DNA of 64,000 nt from Vitrella brassicaformis CCMP3155 (Eukaryota; Protista; Chromerida), in NCBI GenBank assembly GCA_001179505.1, contig CDMY01000759.1:1-64000 (forward strand). Reading direction: 5' to 3'. The notes beneath the pieces were generated by a model. It had not been told where the DNA came from, ran no database searches, and worked only from the letters and a program-made list of their open reading frames with translations. Position 1 is the stretch's first letter. Each line of letters opens with the position of its first letter. Below are positions 57,552 to 64,000 of this stretch, piece by piece. The position numbers and the translations under genes were made by a program.

Positions 57552-60500
57552 TCACGAAGAAGACACAGCAGCCCTCTTCCTCTCACGCTGCCCGGTCGTC
57601 TTGGCCCCATTGATCTTTACACGCCACCCGTTGACGGACATCGCTTCGCTCACGCCTCCACTCTCGTCGTCCTCCTTCATGGCTCCGGGCGCGCTGGGCG
57701 CCTCAGGCGGCGAAGGCAGGGTGAGAATGCGGCTGGGGAAGACGCCCTTCTTGGAGCACACCATCCGAAGACTCTGTTCCATCGTGGGGTGACACGCCAG
57801 CAGACACATGGTGGTCTGGGGACGCGGGATGCCGTCGGCCGCAAGGATGTTCTGCATGTACCCCTTGCGCACCTCCAGTGCGTCGAAGGAGTGGCTGACG
57901 GGGCCGCGCGACACGCACGGCACCACTTCTGTGCCCCGCTCCACCCACTGGGCGTAACGGCCGCGATAAGGCAGCGAGTCAATGCTGCGGGCGGCGCAGT
58001 AAATGACCACACGATGAGACCCACTCTGATGGATGAGGGAGCTCTCCAGCAAGGCGCGCAGGGGGCCGATGTTGGCCTCGGTTGCGAAGAGCAAGAGGGT
58101 CGTGACCGCGTATTTGCCGCTCGAAGTGAGGAAGTCGCCGATGGCAATGCCCTCGCCCTCAGGACGCGTCAGCTGACACACACAGACATGTACAGACCAG
58201 ACGAGAAGTAAGCGACGATAACGGACGACGATGCCATTCGTACGTACCTGAATCGGTGTGTCAGGGTCTGCCGTAGCGAGCCACTGCAGCTCTTTGCACT
58301 TGACTCGCCTCCCCGAATCCGACCTCGTGTACTCCTTGATGAGGAAGTCCAGCCGTCGTGATGCTCCCTCCCTCTCACCGCCACTCGACTTCACTGGAGC
58401 AAGCAGACCCGGCGGCGGGCTAGAAATCGGCAGCGTGACCACTGAGCCACCGCTTGCTGGCGCAAGGTGCGCATACATGCCCGGCGTGGTGTAGCTGTCG
58501 AGCATAGAGGGCGGCACCTCCACTGTCACGTGTCGGTACCCCTCTCCGGCGGGCACCGATACGACGACACGGCCAGTGTGCCAGTCAGCCGAAGATGGAC
58601 GCGGAGACTGTGCTGGGGGTGAAGAACTGGGGCCGGCCAGACGAGTGGACGGCTGGCTTTGCAAGGCATCATCAGAGGATCGCGAGAGGGCTGCCGGCGT
58701 CCAGCTGTTGTCATCCAGGTCCATGTCGTCCTCCTCGCTGCCCAGCATATCGGCCGCCTCGCCCACCCCTGTGTCGATGGTCTCATAGAGCTTGGAAAGC
58801 TGCTCCTCCCGCCACGTCTTGGCCAGCTCCCGGGCGTTCTGGATCCCATGCTGGCTCGCATAGAACCTCGCCGACTTGCGGGTGCTGCCGATGAACACCA
58901 CGGCCTCAAAAGCCTTGACCTCGGGCTCCCAGAACACACCGATCGGATCAGGATCCTCGCCGGACACATCCAGCGACAGCGTGTCGAGTGAGGGGACGGG
59001 TTGGGGGAAGGAGAGGGGCGCCTCACGGGTCATCTCCGATGGCAGAATGGGCTCGGAGGCATCGACCCGCTCGTCGAGTGACAGCCTCTGGCGCTTACCC
59101 GTCGCCTTGGCCTTGGCGGGGATGCGGATCTCTCGGGACCGCTTGGCCTTGGTGGACTTCTTGGCTTGGGGACGACCCAGCTTCACGCAGAGCAGGTCTC
59201 TGAGCTGCTGTCGCTTCTCCATTAGCAGCGGGCTGTTGCTGAAGTCAGTCGAAGCTGTTATGGGGTCGTCAGTCTCGAGTGGCCGTGGGTTGAGGTACGA
59301 GTCCATCTTGGTCAGCTGCTCTAGCCGCCTCTCCCGCACCTGCTCGGCCGCGTCGATCTGCCCCTCCAGCTGCACAATGCGGGTGACACAGTCCTCAAGC
59401 TCCCGCATCCTCGTCAAGCCGATCTTGAAGCGGCTCTCGATCTCTAACAGCGCTGCCTCGTCGACGCCTTCAAGCAGGGCGGTGTCGGTGGCATTGGCGA
59501 TGTCTGGTGGATCATCGGTGCCCAATAGGTGGGACAGGAAAACCCCAACTAGATCGGGAACCTTTAATCTGTAGGATGCAGTCACACCAGGACAGACAAT
59601 GGGGGTCTTCCTTCCTCTTTTCGAGAGTCTGGCTAAAGTGACCTGTTCCTCAGGTAGCCGCGTTCGTTCTTGGAGCGCCGGTCGTTAGTCACCGTGTCGA
59701 GGATCTGATCGTAGACGCCCATCAGCTCCTCCATCTGGCGGCTCGGCCGGGACTCTCGAAGACCCAGCGACACCGGCTGAGGTCCCACCAGCCCTCCCTC
59801 CTTTTCGACTGAAAAAAGGCATCAGCAAAGGACTCGTGTGTGAAGACGCATAAGAGGGGCCGGTGGTGGCTTTGCTCACCTGATGCGGCGTCAGTACTCG
59901 GCATGAGCACTTGTGGCCCCGATGCCAGCGCGAATTCGTCGGTCGACACGTATTTGACGTAAGGCGTCTTGCCGGTTGTCTCGACAATCTCGGCTACCCG
60001 CCTCTCCGTCTCCTGCTTGATCTCGTCGGCGGTGGGTTCACGACCGAGCTCCTGCGACGGACACATACAGTGGGTGAAGGGCTGATGGTATCCTGTGTGC
60101 CCCCGAGCTGTTGCCTACCGCTTTCAGGTCTCTGAAGATCTCGTTCCTCAGTCCGAGTGACCTCATGAGCAGGACGGTGATGGGCATGGCCCGCTCCTTG
60201 GCCATGCACACCTGGAGGGCCTGCTTCACCTTTGTTGTGATAACAGTCGCCAGCTTGAACCCACGGCGGTACTCGTACGCATCGACGGCCGATGACACGC
60301 CACGGATGGCAGCCTGAAGGGACACACGCACACGCAGAGAGAAGGCATCCATCGACACGGATGCAGGAAGGCGAGGGCATGCATCCTCACGTACCGCGAT
60401 CAGGTCGGAGACGTAGACCATTCTGGTGGTGAAGTAGGGCTCAGCGAGCCTGTAAGCCAGCCGCAGGTTGTGCCGTGTGAGCTGGCTCCTCGCGTAGCCT

Positions 60501-62712
60501 CCCTCCACCTCAAGGGCCAACAGATACCGACTCACACGCACACCGTGGGCATTCTACCGTGTCAACAAACCACAGAGACGAGAATGGGTCATGTGTGAGT
60601 GCATAGATTTGCCGGGAACAAGTGAAGCTCTCACCCTGAATCGGTAGAACCACGAGTCGAGCTCCTCGAGGTTGAAGACCCTCTCCTCGGTGCCCGCCGC
60701 ATCGATGCAGAGCTTCAGCAGCGGGGGGATGAGAGCGCGGGTGGCCAGCGACAGGTTGGTCAGGGCCTTCTTGACCTCCTGCTGAGAGATCGACGTCTCA
60801 CCCTGCGACTGAGACCGCTCCTCGATGTAAGACAGCAGCTCGTCGTTAAAGGGCTTGTCCAAGACGTCACGCACGCGCCTGCAGCGCAATGCACCCATCC
60901 CGCGCATGAGGTCCGTCCAGCTTTCCGTGAGTGCGTGCTTACTGGTCCATGATGTTGTGTTTGAAGCCGGCCTCTTTGTCCATGCCGAAGTAGTCAAGCA
61001 TGGCATTGTAGTAGGGCATTAGCGACACCAGCTCCCTAATGAGCTCAGGGAGGATGTCGACGGGCTGTACTTCCAGCAGCTCCTTCCACAACGACGCCCT
61101 GAACCGACCGCCCGTCGCCTTGCGCTGCTTCTCCCACTTGGTCTCGCGGGCACGGACCTCCAATCCACGCACAAACCTGCAAACGGAAGACGGCGCGACA
61201 CGTGCATCAGTGGAAGGTTGATGTGCTTCTTGACAAAAAACTCACCTGCCGATTTCCATCCGCAAAGCGAGCTTCTGCACTTCTTTCGGAGGCAGCGGCG
61301 GGAAGGCCCCCAAGACGGCACCGAACTGGGACAGGGACACCCTCTCAGCCTCGCTCTGGAAGTTGGCCCCCGGGGGGAACTGCCACTCCCTTCCAACCTC
61401 CTCCCTGACCGTCTCCCGCCGCCGCCTCTCCTCTGCCTTGGTCAGGCCTGACGCCTGCAGTACCAACACGCCGCCATTCTCCACAGAGAGACTCACTCCA
61501 GCAGATGACTCGAGGTCCGACGCCAGCTCGGCCACTCGTGCGGTGGGATAGGACGTGTCAGACGCCTGCGACTTGTCGCCGGACAGGGAGACGAACTTGT
61601 CGTAGGAAGAGCCGCTTGGTGACCCTTTCCCCTTGGGGCGAAAGACGGAAACAAACTGGTCTTCCTCGGGGCGGAAGACGGCGCTCATCTCGACCTGGAT
61701 GGGGCTCTCATCGTCTTCCCCACCGTCAGCCCAACGCGGCACCGTGGGGGTCGGCTCAAGCAGCCTGGCCGCCAGGTCCTGTGCCGACTCGCGCCGATAG
61801 GCCGGGAAGACCTCGAAAACCTCGTCATACCGCCCTCGAGGCTGAGGCGCACTGGCAACAGGGGATGTCACATTGCCGCCCATCAGCTGAGTGGAGAGCG
61901 CTGCGGTCTGTGTGCCGGCAGTGAGGGACGCAAGCTGCAGCTCGGGCAGGAAGGCGCTGGAGGGAAGAATGGGCGCTGCGGGGGAGGGGTCGGGCATGAT
62001 GCCAGCCGCGGACGCCGCGGATGGGCGATCACGGAACTGAGGGATCTCCTCTGTGGGAAAGGGGAAAGGCAACCAAGCAAGCCGGTGTGCGTGAAGGACA
62101 TGGGGTACGGCTCTTGACGTACCAGTGCTGATGTTGTATTTCTGCATGAGTGAAAGCGCCTCATCCTCGGTGATCTTCCCAGTCCGAATCTTCCTGCGCA
62201 CGCACAAATACGCAGCACAAAAGGCCGTGCCATGTCGGACACTCACTGGCTATCACCTCACCCCTCCCTCACCTTTCGAAATGAATGAGGACCATCTTTC
62301 GCTGCTCGGCGGTCAAAAAATCCTCCCGGGCAAATCTGGCCTGACCGCTGGCTGACCTCCTCATACCCCCCCTCCTCTCCTGGTCCTCGTCTGTGTCTTG
62401 CTTCTCCTCAGAGAAGAAATTATCCCACACCCAGCCGAGAAAACCGTCAAACTTGCGGCTCCTGGCGGACTGGAAGGTCACAGGGGCCCGCTTGCGACTC
62501 GTGTCAGTCTTGGACAGGCCGCGGCGTGGGTCCGGGGGGATGAGGGAGGGCAGGAAGGCTGTCTCCATTCGCTGATGTGGCCGCACACAGACAGATGAGG
62601 CGAACAGAAGGACGAGCAAGAGACCAAAGAGGACGCGGCGCGCTGCTGACGACTGCCGAGAGTGTCTGTTCGACCGCTGATAGTGGCCGAAGCGCCGCAG
62701 GCTGATGCCCAT
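57552..62712 (-). CDS. Plastid-targeted sigma-70-like factor fused to an AP2 DNA-binding domain and an FNR-like (pKIWI502-type) oxidoreductase domain (~1,500 aa, ~11 exons)
   Basis: Leader ...VLFGLLLVLLFASS...TAFLP plus a basic S/T-rich transit peptide; sigma region 1.2 PPLPPKEVQKLALRMEIG; region 2 ARSQLTRHNLRL...DLI...AVDAYEYRRGFKLAT; region 3 ELGREPTADEI; region-4-like GVDEAALLEIESR; AP2 IGVFWEPEVKAFEA...ARFYASQHGIQNARELAKTWR; FNR-like YTTPGMY...ISSPP...DFLIK, LLLFATEANIGPLR, GYMQ. Every GT-AG junction I checked keeps the frame. Confidence 0.8.
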
Positions 62713-62854
62713 ATCAGATCAGCACAGCTGCTGCCATGCAGGGACTGGCAGTCGAGGAGCCAGATGAGGGTCAACGCGAGGGGCGCAGCACCATCCTGGA
62801 CAGCCTCTTCCTCTTCATCAGCTCCTTGGTGTCTGACCTCTCCAGCAGCTGATC

Positions 62855-62992
62855 TTTAGGGCTGATGCGCAGCACTTGAAGGCAGCTGCGTTCTCATACT
62901 ACAGCACACAAAGGCACTGGCACTTCTACGCTGCGGGGACGCGAGCTCGAATCCGTCGAGAAAGGCACAAACCCTAACCCCGCAAACCCTAA
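62855..62992. promoter_or_regulatory. Cluster of three telo-box/telomere-type heptamers upstream of the sigma-AP2-FNR gene
   Basis: TTTAGGG at 62855-62861 and AAACCCTAA at 62969-62977 and 62984-62992. Confidence 0.35.
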
Positions 62993-63232
62993 CAAAAAAA
63001 GACTGCGAATAAAACATTCAAGAATTCCATTCTCCTGTGCTTCCGCCGCCCTCCCTTCCCATCCCGGGCCGCTCTTCTTCCCAAGGCTCTCGCACCACCA
63101 CACTTTCTGAAATCGTCAGCCCTGCTCGACGTCTGGTGGATGGGTGGGCTGTCCGTCAGCACATCGCCCGCTATCGCCGCCGAGGACGACACACACATGG
63201 GTGGCACGGGTGGCTCGAACGCGCCAAAATGC

Positions 63233-63576
63233 TGAGACGCCATTCGAGCTCGCAGATCGGAGACGGGGCGCGGCAGAGCAGCTGTTTTCTCCACGAACAG
63301 ATGATGCAAGCAATGATCTCCCTCGGCGAGAATTGGAGACGGGACGGGAAATTCGAAATTCGACCCACTTTTCCCAATTTTCATCCACACTCGACTTCTC
63401 AGCCTTCTTTCGGCCACAGATCCCCCGTTTCTTTTTCTTTTCACTCGCTTTTTGGCTTATGTGGTCCGCCCCATCCCCTCCCGCCCCTCCCAACTCGTCC
63501 GGCTTTTGCCTGCCATTTCCTTCCTCTACCGCCGTGGCACCCTTCCTTTTTGCTGAACGGTGGCGCTGTCTGACCC
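63233..63576 (-). repeat. Dispersed ~345-bp repeat, copy 2 (inverted relative to 30508-30853)
   Basis: Direct visual alignment to the reverse complement of copy 1, with only scattered substitutions and indels. Confidence 0.95.
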
Positions 63577-64000
63577 TGTCTGGCGTCAACTGAGTGCGCC
63601 GACGCCGCCGTTCAGGAAGTACACGTGTCATGTACTTGGCTTGGCTGCGGTGACGGTACGATGTATGGATGATGGTACGATGCAGCGATGGTCCGTTTCA
63701 TCGCTGCAGTGATCTCATCTGTTGTAATGCCTGTGTGCAGATGAAATTTTGAGCTCAAGAGGTCAATTCACGTATGTCCTTGGTCATTGTTGTGTGTACA
63801 GCTGCAGATGGAATCTTTTTCTTTTTTTTTCCTGGTGGCCGTCTCCTCTTCTCGACGAAGTCCTAAACAGGTGAATGAAGTATTCAATGAATCAAGTGTT
63901 CAGAGTGCACTAGCTTTGCCTTTGCTGCTTTACAGGCGACTCGTTTTCATTCCAAGAAAGCAAAAGAAACCCGGTGAGCGGAAACAACCGAGGAAAGTTG

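Noticed and set aside
59380-61310. Sigma-70 motifs as evidence of bacterial contamination or a chimeric scaffold
   Set aside because: The coding region is interrupted by about ten GT-AG introns of the same style as neighbouring genes and carries a eukaryotic signal plus transit leader.

Overview
Eukaryotic, GC-rich, intron-dense nuclear DNA with many CA/GT-microsatellite introns of about 60-110 nt. The style, an ApiAP2-type domain and a bipartite plastid-targeting leader point to a chromerid alveolate such as Vitrella brassicaformis (inference, no database check). From left to right: the degenerate 3' end of a Ty1/copia retrotransposon; a partial hypothetical gene; a mucin-like type I membrane protein; a GT43 glucuronosyltransferase-like gene; a 300-N gap; a UDP-glucuronate 4-epimerase-like gene; a 10-kb USP47-like deubiquitinase; a secreted DUF1036-like protein between ~500-bp direct repeats; lineage-specific hypothetical genes; a P2X-like channel head-to-head with a centlein-like centrosomal gene; an ankyrin-like gene; a secreted type-2 periplasmic-binding-fold protein; a PKD2/TRPP channel; a GNAT acetyltransferase; a calcyphosin-like EF-hand gene. 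The standout is 57552-62712 (minus). Manual GT-AG splicing gives one open frame of roughly 1,500 aa: signal plus transit peptide, sigma-70 regions 1.2/2/3 and a degenerate region 4, an AP2 DNA-binding domain, and a ferredoxin-reductase-like (pKIWI502-type) domain. The promoter-melting and -35-reading residues of the sigma part are lost, so this is a candidate redox-coupled plastid transcription regulator. All family assignments rest on recalled motifs, not on searches. Exon boundaries were derived by hand.
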